The notes under the pieces were generated by a model that was not told where the DNA came from, made no database searches, and saw nothing but the letters and a program-made list of their open reading frames with translations. The translations under genes were made by a program, and so were the position numbers. A DNA stretch of 64,000 bases from Paragordius varius (lineage: Eukaryota; Animalia; Nematomorpha): the NCBI GenBank assembly GCA_964247055.1, contig OZ176057.1, positions 992,001 to 1,056,000 on the forward strand. Reading direction: 5' to 3'. The first letter of the stretch is position 1, and each line of letters starts with the position of its first letter. Shown piece by piece: positions 1 through 13,500 of this stretch.

Positions 1-172
1 TAAAAATAATAAAATAAATTATGCAAACATTATGGTTAAATCCAAATTTAAAGATTTTAAGGACCAACTAGAAATGTTTAAGGGCCAACTTGAATTGTTC
101 AGGGCACTTGAAGTGCAAATGGTTTAATTTACATAAAGATTAAATAAAAATATCGGATGCGATTATCTAAGA

Positions 173-2573
173 CAGTGATACTCAAACCGCGGCCCGCGGG
201 CCGCATGCGGCCCTAAGAGTGCTTTAAAATTGCCCTATGGCCATAATGATACTTATTTTTTTTATTGATGAATTTTTAAAATTCACATAATCGGATTTTC
301 GCTTATTTCAATATTAATTTATTTTATTTAGATTTAATTTTGGCAATTTTTATTTTTACCCAATATAAAATGTAAAAAATTTCCCTACATTTAGATGATT
401 TAAATTTGGCCGTTGTTTTGGTTTCTGCATTCTATTTTCTTTTATATTTTAAAATTGTCGCATTCCTTTTTTGTATTTAAGCATTTTCACCCAAACTTAC
501 ATATATATCTTTTCATAGCTATCCTGCATCATTTTTTATAACTCATTCCCATAAAATATTTTTCAAATCAACATCATTAAATTTCGACCTATTTTTTATA
601 GCATAATGCAAATTTTATTCCTTTTTTTGAAAAATGTACCATAATGTTTTAACATAAATTTAAAGGATGACATCTAATGCTGAAAAACGTAAATTATCCG
701 ATGAAAATCGCTCTTTTTAAAAAGAAGAATGGAAATTCTTGTCGTTTTAAATAAAAATGTTACCTGCCTTATATATATTAAGACAACATAATTATAAAAA
801 TACAATATTGAAAGACATCAATCCATCATTAAGAATCAAAAAATATAAGAAGATTAAGAAATTATACCAGAAAGAAAAATCTATTAGCCCATAGCTTTCT
901 TCCAGTAAAAAGCTTTAACATTAGCTCGTATGAAATTTGCTATATTATAGGAAAAAATATGAAACCGTTTACTGATTTCCAACTAATAAAAGAATGTCTA
1001 ATAAAGGTTGCTTATTTAATTTGATAAATTTCATAGTAACATTAGATCATGAGGTAAATTAAAATACTTCAACTTTCTGATTCAACATGTACTCGACACA
1101 TTGAGGATATGTCTAAATTTATTTACAATACATTATTGGCTGTAAAAAACTGCAAATATTTTAGTATTGCTATTGATTCCAGCACTGATATTAGTTCAGC
1201 GCCTCAGCGTACGCTCATGTGAGATTTTGCATCGACAACATAAACAATGAGGAATATTTATAAAATTTTCCAATTAATAATACGACAAAGAGAGTGATTT
1301 TCTCGAAATAATTAGCACTTTTTTCTATAATAATGATATATCTATAAAAAAATTGGTTATAATCTGAACAGATGGCTGTTCCTCTATGATTGGAATAAAC
1401 AAATGATTTATTTCTCTTTTGAAAAACAAATATAATTTGCAAAATATTTTATCCTTTCACTGCTTTAATCATCAGCAAAACCTGGTTTTGCGTGTAAATG
1501 AATACTCAATTCAGTAATTAAAACGATTGTGGATATAGTTAACCACATCCATGGCAGAGAATTCAACCGCCGTAAATTCAAAAACCTTCTGAAAGATATC
1601 CCCAGTGTGTTTGATGATATTCTTTTGTATACCGGTGTCAGATGATTAAGCCTCAGTTAAATATAAGACATGAAATAATATTTCTAAATGATAACAGAAA
1701 GTATGATGAGGATATCAAAAGTGACAAATTGTGGGTTAACTACACATTACTTATAAACTTAGTATCTTAAATACACTTCAGGAGCAAAATAATAACCAAA
1801 TCTAATCAAATATTTGATGAAGTTTATAAATAAAACACTCCTATATTTTCGAACACTTAAAACAATTCCTGAAGATAATATAAAATTTACCGCGGAAATT
1901 AAGTTAATAATAAGCAATCATTTAACATTTTTATCTAATGAGATGAAATTCAGATTTAAAGAATTAAGAAATATTAAAAATTGCTCAAAACTCGTTGAAA
2001 ATCCATGGCATATGGATATATCCAATATTAAACAACTTGAGCATTTCGGTTTTGATCAGGCGCATATCATTGGAGAATTCGTAGATTTTAAATATTCCAA
2101 TTTGGAGGCTATATTCAAGGATAATCGTAGAGAAGAAAGATATGTAGAGTTTTTGCAAGATGTGCCAAATAAATATTAAAATATAAAAAAATATGCTCAA
2201 GTTATCCTAACTGTTTTTCCCTAACTTACACGTTTGAGACGGCATATCAAGAATACATACAGAAATCGCTTAACCGATGATCATATGGACGACGTATTAA
2301 GATTGGATTGTCATGAGGCAAAACCAAATTTGTCAAAAATTATTGGTAATATCAAAAATACTGTTGTTATCAAAATATTTTTTAAACTAAATGGTGCAAA
2401 ACGAGTTTTTAGCTGGATTACATCAGCAAAAATATCATTGTGCTGATATTAAGTATAAATATGTGACATAATTGTCAAATAGCTATGGGATATTTGCCAT
2501 TATAAGGTTCATGGCTCTTGAAAAAAAAATATATTTTATTTGGCCCGTCAAATTTTTTTGGTGAGTACCACTG
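173..2573 (+). mobile_element. Defective hAT DNA transposon (Charlie/Buster/SPIN-like), copy A
   Basis: Ends CAGTGATACTCA... and ...TGAGTACCACTG; perfect 8-bp TSD ATCTAAGA at 165-172 and 2574-2581; subterminal GCGGCCCGCGGGCCGCATGCGGCCC; frameshifted transposase remnants (FSIAIDSSTD, HGREFNRRKFKNLL, RNRLTDDHMDDVLRL). Confidence 0.88.
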
Positions 2574-2599
2574 ATCTAAGATATCACGAATAAAATTGA

Positions 2600-3510
2600 T
2601 GGGATATGAATAATTCAAACATTAGGCCACCCATGTAATTAGGTTTTAATTAAGCGCATTTTGTTAATAACTGTATCGATTTTGCAATTGATTCCAATTT
2701 AAAAGCTATCAATAATTATACAACATTGCAAAGAGGAAAGGAGGAATTTTGGCAAAATTTACCATTATTTAGAGAGTGCTTAATTATCCTTACTTTTCCC
2801 TTTCAGCGTGCAAATTCAAAGCGGCACATTGTAAAAATATGTTAAAAATACATATTAAAATCGGGTAGATGCTCATACCTACTAATTATATCGATTCTCA
2901 AAATTTCTTCATATAGTAATTGTTATTTGAGTATTATAAAAATATTTTCTTATCAAATTATGGCCTAAGACGCGTTTTAGCTATGATATACAGGCAAACC
3001 TCAAAATCCTCACTGTATTCGATTATAAATATTGTATATGTAACTAATTGTCTGCAATATTTACCGGTATTATATAATGCAGAAAACTTGCAAATATTTT
3101 TCGTCCCTTTGAAATTTTTTGGTCAGTATTATTAGGATCTCAATATATCCGCATTTAAATAATCTGCCGTTTAACGAGGAAAGATAAAGTGAAGAATTTA
3201 TATATGGGAGGATATACAAAAATTAAACTGATAAAAAAAACTTACGCCTATGTTACATGGTTAAAACATATTTAAAGAAGCTATATTAATTTTATTGATG
3301 AAAAGATAAAATATTGGATAGTAAGAGGGGAGAAGAGGGCACCCTAAAACACAATGGATAGATGCGGTCAAAAGAGATAAGGCAAAACTAAAATTAAAAC
3401 ACGAAGAGACTCCATGGATAGCGTTATATGGCAGCTCAAAAGAGTTATAAATACAATTAAAATCATTGTCAAAATTTACTTAAAATTTGCTCTACCATGA
3501 ACCCCCACTA
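2600..3510 (+). mobile_element. Highly decayed 3' fragment of a non-LTR retrotransposon
   Basis: Frameshifted C-terminal RTE-like motifs (W..HI.R; KRGRG.PK.QWIDAVKRD-like at about 3320-3385). Boundaries approximate. Confidence 0.4.
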
Positions 3511-6054
3511 AATATATATTATATTATAAGTTGATTATTATTGTTCTTGTAAATATAATTAAGATCCGCAGCGGTCAGTGAGAATTTGTTACATTTTATC
3601 AGAGTTTGATTGATATCAACATGCATAGCCTTGCAGCCAATATAATCATTGCAGTAATATGGTGAACACTCAATATTATCATGTCCAGGACACAGTTGAA
3701 GGGCACATGGATCGCAAATTCTTGTATAAATAGGGCCTTTCCCGCAACTTATGGCGTCCGAAACGTTAAACTACAAAAAATAAATTGAAAATACAGTGTG
3801 AGTAAAAATTGAAATTTCAATATAGAAACAGAATGTAAAAACTAAAAAACAAGTAGGCAGTTATATTACATAAACCTTATAATGTAACTACAGTAAAAAT
3901 TGAAAAACTGACAAAATGAGAAATTATCATACAAATGTTTTGAACAAACAGACAAAATATAGTATTACAGTAATTGAAATTATACGGACAAAATGTGAAA
4001 ATATATAGACATATTTTTATCGAACAAACAACCATATTTTTTGAATGTTGATTTTTTTTATTATAACTCGTTTTAAACTGCAAAGTATGCAAATTCTTGC
4101 ACGGCCTTTCCACATATGGCGTCCGAAACGTTAAACTTCAAAAAATGAAATTAAATTACTGTATGAGTAAAATTAAAATTACATATAGAGATGAAAAAAT
4201 AAAAGACAAGGAGGCAATTATATTTTATAACCTTATAAAATATTTAGAGTAAAAATTGAAATTAAGACAAATATTCTACTAACAGACAAAACTTTTTAAA
4301 TAATTGATTTTTTTAATTATAACTTGCTGTTTTAAATTGCAAAGTAAAACTTGTTGTTTTAAATTGCAAATTAAAACTTGTTGTTTTAAATTGCAAAGTA
4401 TAAGATAGTAATATGAATTGATAACACAATCAATTATGATTTTACGATTAGAATTAAATTTTTTTATATGGTAAATTAAAATTTAAAAAGGTTTGGTTAT
4501 CTTTTGAAAAGAAAATTGTTTTTATAATTTTACATTTCCGTATAATTTTAATTTTTACTGTAAAAATTGAAATTACGGTATGTAAAAATTAATATTGCTA
4601 TACAAAAAAATATTTTCAAAACTGTATGTGTAAATGTGCAAAAAATAAAATTAAAAAAATATTTAAAAAATAATTTAATCCGACGTACCATTTTTAGAGA
4701 GGGTCTTGTCTGGATACCATAGATACTAGATGATGATAATAATTTTTTATTACAGAAATTATTAAATATATAAAATTAAAATTATACAGATTAAGCATCT
4801 AAAGGACAAATTTTTAAAGGTAATCTACTTTTGCACACCTTAATGTTTCTAACAAATATGATTAAAAAATATATATATGAGTGTAGTAAAATTACAGCCC
4901 CTATCATGAAACCCAAAAATGATCTTTTATATTAAAATCAAAATTTTACAGTCAGTTTTTTATACTTTATTATTCAAAATTCATACTGTATTATTTAAAT
5001 TTAATTTACCATAAAATTATAAGGATCCAAGGAATATATAACTTAGACATCATTATCGCAAACTTTAAAATAATTAAAGAAAAAACGAAAAATTAGAAAT
5101 TTAAAGGGTTATTTATATTAACTCAATAAAAGCTGATGTAATTTTTTATCATTATTTTCGCTTTAAGTTTATTGAGATGAGTAATATATTAGCTTCACAT
5201 TATACTTGTAATACATTATGTAACAATGTAATACAATTAGTAAGATTAAACCATGTTACATTTTACAGGTATTTTTGATATTCGTAAAAATTTGTTGTTA
5301 TTTTTAAATTTTTATCACACGATTGTAATTTTATATAAATATCCAGTTGGGATATATTTTATTAGCTTAAATTTTGAAATATAATTTATACTTTAGCTAT
5401 TTTCGTTTAAATATATGTATATTAAAATTAGTTATAATTTTTAAAATGTTTCCTAAGTTGGAAAATAACAAAATTGACTCTTAAATCTCTTAGATTTTTT
5501 TCACATATTTTTCCAATACTTTCCTTATACATCTCTACATTATTAATTAGCCATCAATTTATTTAAAATTCTTTTAATAAGGTAGTTTTTTACTTGGTTT
5601 AAAACAAAACATTTTATAAAGACTATATGATATTTCATCATCTTAAGTAATCTTTATGTCAAAAATATATTTTTAAATCATGTAAAATTTAAAAATATAT
5701 ATGTTCATCCCATTTTTTAGCCGCCAAAATAATGTGGATTTATTAATTATTTAAAATTTTTTGGCAAAATAATTAACCTAAATGGTTTTAATTATCTTAT
5801 GATAACACTTGAATCGCTTTTTACTAGTTTAAATCAATTGTTTGTTCTAGTTTTTGTATTATCTTAATTTTGAAGTCTAGAACATTAATACTCAGACCGC
5901 GGCCTTAAAAATATTTTATGGCCCTAAAAAATTAATTAGTATTTTCTATACTTATTTAGAATGAAAGTCTGATAATTTGTTTTGTGATCCTTGAAACAAG
6001 AAAAAAAGTTTTTGGCCATTTAAATTTTTTTTCATAAGAACCAATGGTATAAAA

Positions 6055-7677
6055 CAGTGGTACTCACCAAAAAAATTTGAGGGGCCAAATAATATATATT
6101 TTTTTTTCGAGGGCCATGAACCTGAATATGGCAAATATTCCATAGCTATTTGAAATATGCACATATTTAACTCTAAATCCGCACAATGAACTAAAAACGC
6201 GTTTTGCACCATTTAGTTTAAAAAATTTAAATATTTTAATAACATTTATTTTGAACTAATAATTTTTGACATATTCGGTTACGCCTCATGACAGGCCAAT
6301 CTTAACATGTCGTCCATTTGATTCGGTTAAGCGATTTATGTATGTATTCTTGACATATTCCATTTTTGAATATGCCGTCTCACTCGTGTAAGTTGAGGGG
6401 AAAACAGTTAGGATAACTTGAGCACATTTTTTATATTTTTATATTTATTTGGCACATCTTGCCAAAACCCACATCTTTCTTCGCTACGATTTCCTTGAAT
6501 GACTATTAGAATAATTTTCAGAATCTATAAATTCTATTATATGCGCCTATCAAAACCGAAATATTAAAGTTGCTTACTATTGGATATATCCACATGCCAT
6601 GACAACGAGTTATAAGGAATTTTTAAATATTTCTTTCTCGAAATTTGAACTCATTTGATATAAATGTTAAATGACTGTCTGTTATGGGTTATTATATTGC
6701 TCCCTTGAAGACTTGTATTTTAGTAATGTCGCAAAGGTAGAGAAGTTGTTTTAAACGGAGGTTAAATTCTCTGCCACGGATGTGGTTAACTCTATCTACG
6801 TTTTAGTTACTGAATTGGGTAATTCATCTTTTACACGCGAAACCAAGTTTTGCTAATGAATAAAGCAGGGAAAGGATAAAATATTTTGCAAATTATTTTG
6901 TTTTTTCAAAGACGAATAAATTCTTTGTTTATTCCAATCATAGGGGGACAGCCATCTGTGCAGATCGAAACCAATTTCATAGATATACCATTATTATCGT
7001 AAAAAGTTCTAATTATTTCAAGAAAATCGATTTCTTTCGTGTATTCTTCATTGGTAAAAATTTTAAATATTCCTCCTTGATTATGTTGTCCTTACATATG
7101 AGGCAAACAACATTTTTATTTAAAACGGCAAAAATCTTTCTTCCCATTCTTTTATAAAGCGGATAATTTACGTTTTTTGCCATTAGATGTCATCCTTTGA
7201 ATTTATGTTTAAATATTATGTAAATTCTTTCAAAAAAATAGGAATGTAATTAAATTATGCTATAAAAAAACAGGTCGAAATTTAATGATCTTGATTTGAA
7301 AAATATTTCATGGGCATAAGTTATTAAAAATGATGCAGGATAGCAATGAAAATATATGGAAGTTTGGGTGAAAGGCTTGCTTAAAAACAAAAAGGAATGG
7401 AATTAAAATTTCAAAATAGAAAAGGAAATAGAATACAGAGAAACAACGTATGCCAAAATTTTGAAATCATTTTAATGTAGGGAAATTTTTCTACATTATT
7501 GGGTAAAAAATAAAACAAAATTAATTTTAAAGAAAATAAATAAATAATAAAATAAGCGAAAATTTGTTTATGTGTACATCAATAAAAAATAATTTAAGTA
7601 TCAATATGGTCATAGGGCAATTTTAAAGCACTCTTAGGGCCGCATGCGGCCCGCGGGCCGCGGTTTGAGTATCACTG
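6055..7677 (-). mobile_element. Defective hAT transposon, copy B (internally deleted, inverted relative to copy A)
   Basis: Same ends as copy A; 8-bp TSD GTATAAAA at 6047-6054 and 7678-7685; colinear reverse-complement similarity to copy A. Confidence 0.88.
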
Positions 7678-7855
7678 GTATAAAACTTACTAAATCTAAA
7701 AGTATAATACCTTTTACATATTTTGTTAGGGATATAAAACTTTGGATTTTTTAATTTAAAATATATTTTCAACAAACAGATAGTTATAACTCTTACATGG
7801 AATTGCGGGTATTTTTATCTATTACTTCTCGAAATTTTAAATAAATTTCTATTAA

Positions 7856-9935
7856 CACTTGGATACAACACACTCCTTTTAGTCCTTCGATTCAAATTGG
7901 TTGGGGTAGTTGGATACCCCGGGCCTGTTTAATATCAAATACTTTAAAAAGTATGGAAGGAATAGAAACCATGGCAAAATTTTACACTTAAATAACATTA
8001 ATAAAGCAAAATATATAAAAAATTTTATTCAATATTTTAAGCTAAAACCGAAAGTTCGTCAACTGACATGTGTCAAATTGTAAAGTTAAAAAATAACACA
8101 AAATAAACCGCTTTTTCTATTTTCTATCAATGTTAGATGAAATTTATATAAAAAATTAGCTTTAGTTTTACACTTAAATTTAAATGAAGACGATATTTTG
8201 CAAAATATTGTACAATAAAAATGGCGACGAAGTAGTTTGAGATGGAACGTTTTTTTCAACACAAAATTTTATCAAGATATTTTGGCATATTTATATATTT
8301 TTATCAGGATAGAAGCATAAATTTAAATTGAGACCGTTTCCTTCAGTAGTTTTTAAAAATATAAATTTAAATTTAGCCTGGGGTATTTAAATACCTCAAT
8401 TTGAATCGAAGTGTTAAAATATTCTTTAAGTTATGATTGTTTTATTTACTTAAATTATTTTATTGCGTATTATTATTTAGAAGGTATTTCAATACAAAGC
8501 TTTTATTGTACAAAACCGGAGTGCAAAAAACATCTAATATAATATAAAAACATCATAAGGATTCTCATTATGTGTTTGGTTTTGGCGCCTTATGAAGCAT
8601 TATATTTTGGTTTTTGTGGTAATTTCTCCAGATAGGGTCTCATGTATTATCTTCATATCTAGATTTACACATGTCGTGTATACAAACTTTTTACCTTTGG
8701 GTTACCTTAACACTCACATACAACACATTCATTTGTCTTACGATACAAATTGGAGTAGCTGGATACCCCAGGCCTGTTTAAAATTAATTACTTTAAAAAA
8801 TATGGAAGGAATCAATAACATGGCAAATTTTTTCACTTATATAACAATAATAAACCAAAAAACTTGATTTAAAAATACTTTATCTTACTTATTTTAGGGA
8901 AAAACCCAAAACGTGACATGTGGCATTGGCTAAATTAAAAATAATACAAAATAAACCACTTTTTTTATTTCTATAAATGCTATATATGTTTTAGATTAAA
9001 AAACTAGCTTTAATTAAACCTTTCATAATATAAATGAATACGATATTTTGCGAGAATTTTGCAAAATTAAAATGGCGTTGAAGTAGTTTGACATGAAACT
9101 TTTTTTCAAAACGAATTTTTATTTAAATATTTTAGCTATTATATATTTATTTGGATAGAAACATCAATTTAAATTGGGACCGTTTTCCTTGTAGTTTTTA
9201 AAAAATATTAAATAAAATTTAGTCTGGGGTATTTAGATACCCCAATTGGAATCGAAGTGTTAAAATAAGTAATATCAAATATTTTTGAATAAATTTTATA
9301 TATTTCGGTTTACTGTTATACAAGTGCAACCTTTTGCTATGATTTCGATTTCCATATATTTAGAAGTAATAAAATACAACAAATTCATTTTAGTGCTTCG
9401 ATTCAAATTGGGGTAATTGGATTAGGCCTGTTTAATCTTTAAAAAATATGGAATGTATCAAAACCATGGCAAAATTTTGCATTTATATAACAATAATAAA
9501 CCGAAATATATAATATTCAAAAATACTGATTTTACTTATTTTAAGCTAAAACCCAGAGGTAAAAATTTAGTCAACGTGACATGTCGGCAATTTAAAAATT
9601 TTAAAATAATACAGTATAAAACACTTTTTATATTTTCATTATTGGTAAATTTAATTTATATTAAAAATTAGCTTTAATTTTACCAAATTAAGTGAAGACG
9701 ATATTTTGCAAAAATTTTGTAAAAAAATGGCATCCAATTCGTTTGACATGGAACTTTTATTTCAAAAAGAAATTTTGTTTCGATATTTTGACTTATTTAT
9801 ATAATTTTATAAGAATAGAAGCACTGGGGTATTAAGATACCACAATTTTCGAAGTGTTAATTTATAAACAGGCTTGGGATATCCAACTACCCCAAATTAA
9901 ATCGAATGATTGAATGTCTCAGATCCAAGTGTTAT
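7856..9935. mobile_element. Cluster of about 560-bp TTAA-flanked MITEs: three head-to-tail copies (about 7856-8418, 8707-9265, 9372-9860) plus an inverted partial copy (about 9868-9935)
   Basis: TTAA|CAC...GTG|TTAA ends; shared GGGGTAGTTGGATACCCC and GGGGTATTTARATACC subterminal blocks. Another inverted copy lies at about 55278-55790. Confidence 0.7.
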
Positions 9936-10031
9936 CTTTTCACATGTTTTTCACATGGCAATTGCTTTGCTTTTTAAAATTTTCGAAATGTTTTAAATTT
10001 TTTTAATCGTTACCTTTTGTTTAACATTTTA

Positions 10032-10580
10032 ATGAGTAATAAATCTGACGATGGAACTAAGCCGCCATTAGACACATCTCAACGAAATTATTTAGCGACA
10101 ACATTGGAGAATGGTTACAGATTTGTGCTTGGAAGTATTGCTGGGGCTACGGGGGCAGCCGCCGTATATCCATTTGATATGGTAAAAACAAGATTACAAA
10201 ATCAAACAAGAAAATTATCTAAGTCAAAATTATCACACACGTCTGATCACATAGTGAAGACAAAACAATCTGGCTCTACCATTACAAAAAATAATATTCA
10301 TACAGGGATTATTGAATATAAAATACCATTTCAACATACTCATAAATTACATACTTCTTTACCACATTCTCAAATTAAGGCCTCTTATCAATATCTCACT
10401 TTCCCTAGGCAATACTGTAGTCCAACGTCAGATTTAGCATGTAAACATTCCAAAACATACTATCTAAATTCTTGGGACTGTTTCAAAAAAATTCTTAAAT
10501 ATGAAGGCATTCGAGGACTTTATAGGGGCTTAGGACCTCAATTGGTCGGAGTCGCACCCGAAAAAGCCATCAAATTAACT
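10032..10580 (+). CDS. Aralar-like carrier exon 1 (MSNKSDD...PEKAIKLT)
   Basis: ATG at 10032, in-frame TAA upstream at 9975, donor GTAAGT at 10581. Confidence 0.88.
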
Positions 10581-13500
10581 GTAAGTTTTTGTAGTAAATA
10601 CTAATATTAGATCAAAGTCCAGTTTAAACTGAGGACATAGTGAAGCGATAATAATTTCGCAAAAACTCGATTAATACATGGGTATAAATTTTATAACTAG
10701 TTCATTATATTTGTTTAAGTACCAAAAAATTAATCGAAAAGCTATCTAATTAGCACAAGTTTATTACAGTTTTAGTCCAGTTACAACTGGAATTTACCTT
10801 TAAAATATTTCAAAATCATTCACCCAAAATTTAAATTCCCCCTCGAACAATTCAAATTTACCCTAAAAATAAATTGAGTTTTCAGGATAATATAACTTAT
10901 CATTAATTTGCAATAGTTTACGATATGGCTTATTATTTTTTCAGCATTATATTAGTTTTAAACAGAATTTCATATTTAAACATAAAATAAAAGTAATTTC
11001 TAATCTTAAAAAACACATAATTTATTTTAAAGTGAATTTGAATTGTTCGAGGGATGATTTTGAATCGTTCAAGGGTGAATTTGAATTCTTTAAGGGTAAA
11101 CTTAAACTGTAAATGGTATATATAAAGACTCTAGTGTTAGAAAATTTTTGAGTGTTTAAATACCAAATTTGGGCTCTTTTATAATAAAGAATATCTGCAA
11201 AAAAAGTTAACTTTATATATTACATACTTTGTTGCGCTAATTGTTTTTTTAGTCCAAAATTTACATTTCCAAACATAAGAAACCGGTCAAAATTGGATTA
11301 TTATAATAAACATTTATTATTTAGGAAAAATAATTTACAGTATGCATTTTAATGGTTGCTTATTTCACAATGGGCAATTCGCAACACAAGAGTGTATGTA
11401 TGAAAAAAAACAACAAAATGTTGATTAACTGTTATTTTCCTTTCTTCTTTTTTCCATACTACACTACTGTGTTGCAAATTGCCCTCAACTATAGTGTGAA
11501 TAATAAGCAACCATTATAATGCATACTGTAATATATTTTGTTGAAGTACTTCAAAATTACAGTATAAGTATATATTCCTAGAAAGTTAATTATTGAATAG
11601 CTTTTACAACAAAGGGTGTATTATTGGCTTATAGTTATTTTTACCACTTTTTACTATTATTAGCCAATAATAATTCTCTTTGCTGCATATGTTATTTGGC
11701 AATAATTAATGCTAACTTTCTAGCAATATAAATTACTCATACTGTAAAATTACAATCGAAAAAAAGTTATGTATAAATACAGTAAACTATTTTTATATTT
11801 TACATCTCAAGGCAATTATTGCCCTACTTAGGGTAAAATCAGTTTAATTTTAAACCACAACTATTGAATCAGAAAGTCACAAAATTTAGATTAATGTATA
11901 TATATCTATAGCCAGTTTAATAATGAAAAAAAAACTTTAAATTTGTATTTGACGAATATATATAGTAATCTATATATATATATATATATATATATATCAA
12001 ATAAAATTAACTTGAAATTTGAAATTGTATCGATTTGAAAACTTGTGTGGTCAGTATAAAATATTTCAAGGCTAATTTATGGATTATTTGTTGTTATAGT
12101 CAAATAAAAGAATATAATTATATAACTCAATAAACAATTTTTATTACAATTGTATCTAATTTATAATTTAAATGATTAAATGATTTGATCAATTTAAGTA
12201 AATTTTAAACAAATATATATCAATCAAACAATCACAATGTGTTTGTTTTTCGTCTTTCTTTTGTCACACTCATCGTGAAATATATATATTTTTCAAGTTT
12301 AAAATGTTGAATATTCGCCAATACTTTACAGTATATATAATAATATAAAACATTTCAAAATTGGTTAGAATATATAGTTAATATTTAACATTTATTGCTC
12401 TTTGGGGTACTCTTATGTTAGGTGGGAATCAAAATTAGCCATGTTTATTTATTCAAACTGTAATGTTTTAGTTAACAGACCTGGGTCTGTTATTTGATAT
12501 TATATATCCTTTTATCCAATTAAACCATTTCAAAATGACCAATCCTAGGTAACATTACACTACTGTACTGGGGAAAGATATTACCCTTCATAAACCGTAA
12601 AAATATAAAATTTAAATTAGGTCCAGTAACCCTTTGAGACTTTATGTGCGGCCCGCAAAAAATCTAAATATCTGTGATTTGTGAAAAATATCTTTCATAA
12701 AATCTTAGAACAATTTTTCCTAAGAATTTTGTTTATTCGATCGATTAGTACAAAGTAAAATAAATTGTTATGTTGTATTTGAATTTTATAGTCTATGACA
12801 GTTATGAATCAATTATATTATCAAAAAAAATTCTGTTAAATGGGTGGGGTCTAAATATTTAGTAAAGAATGGAAAAACAAGAGCTCTATAGTAATTGATA
12901 TACTTTTTTGATGAATATATATTGTTAATACCATAGAGCTCTTGTTTTTTCCACATTCTTTACCAAATATAGCCCTCATTTAACGAAAAAAAAAAATAAA
13001 TAAATTTTTGATAAAAGGATACATGACTGTATTATTGGCTCAAAATAATAGTAAAAAGTGAAAAAATAACTATAAGCCAATAATACTGCCCTTTGACTTG
13101 TCTATGCTATTTGGCAATAATTAATCACTTTCTAGCAATGTATACTTACTCATACTGTAATATCTTTATATATACCATTTATACTTCGAATTCACCCTTG
13201 AACAATTTAAATTCATCCTTGAACAATTCAAATTCATCCTACAATAAATTATGTGTTTTTTAAGATTAGTATAGTTTTAAATAAAGAAATTTTGTATGTA
13301 ATCAACATAATACTGAAAAACAATAATAAACTTTGCCATAAAAATATATTTAATTCGAATGATGAGTTAATTATATTAAACCGAAATTTCATAATACATT
13401 TTTAGGGGGAATTTGAATTGTTCAGGGGGGTGAATTTGAATTATTCAAGGGTGAATTTGAATTGTTTAAGGGTAAATTTGAATTGTTCAAGGGGGTGATT

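Noticed and set aside
1215-6212. Short ORFs 1215-1442, 1814-2179, 1985-2200, 2234-2446, 5952-6212 as host genes
   Set aside because: They lie in or overlap the hAT copies and are transposase fragments or their antisense.
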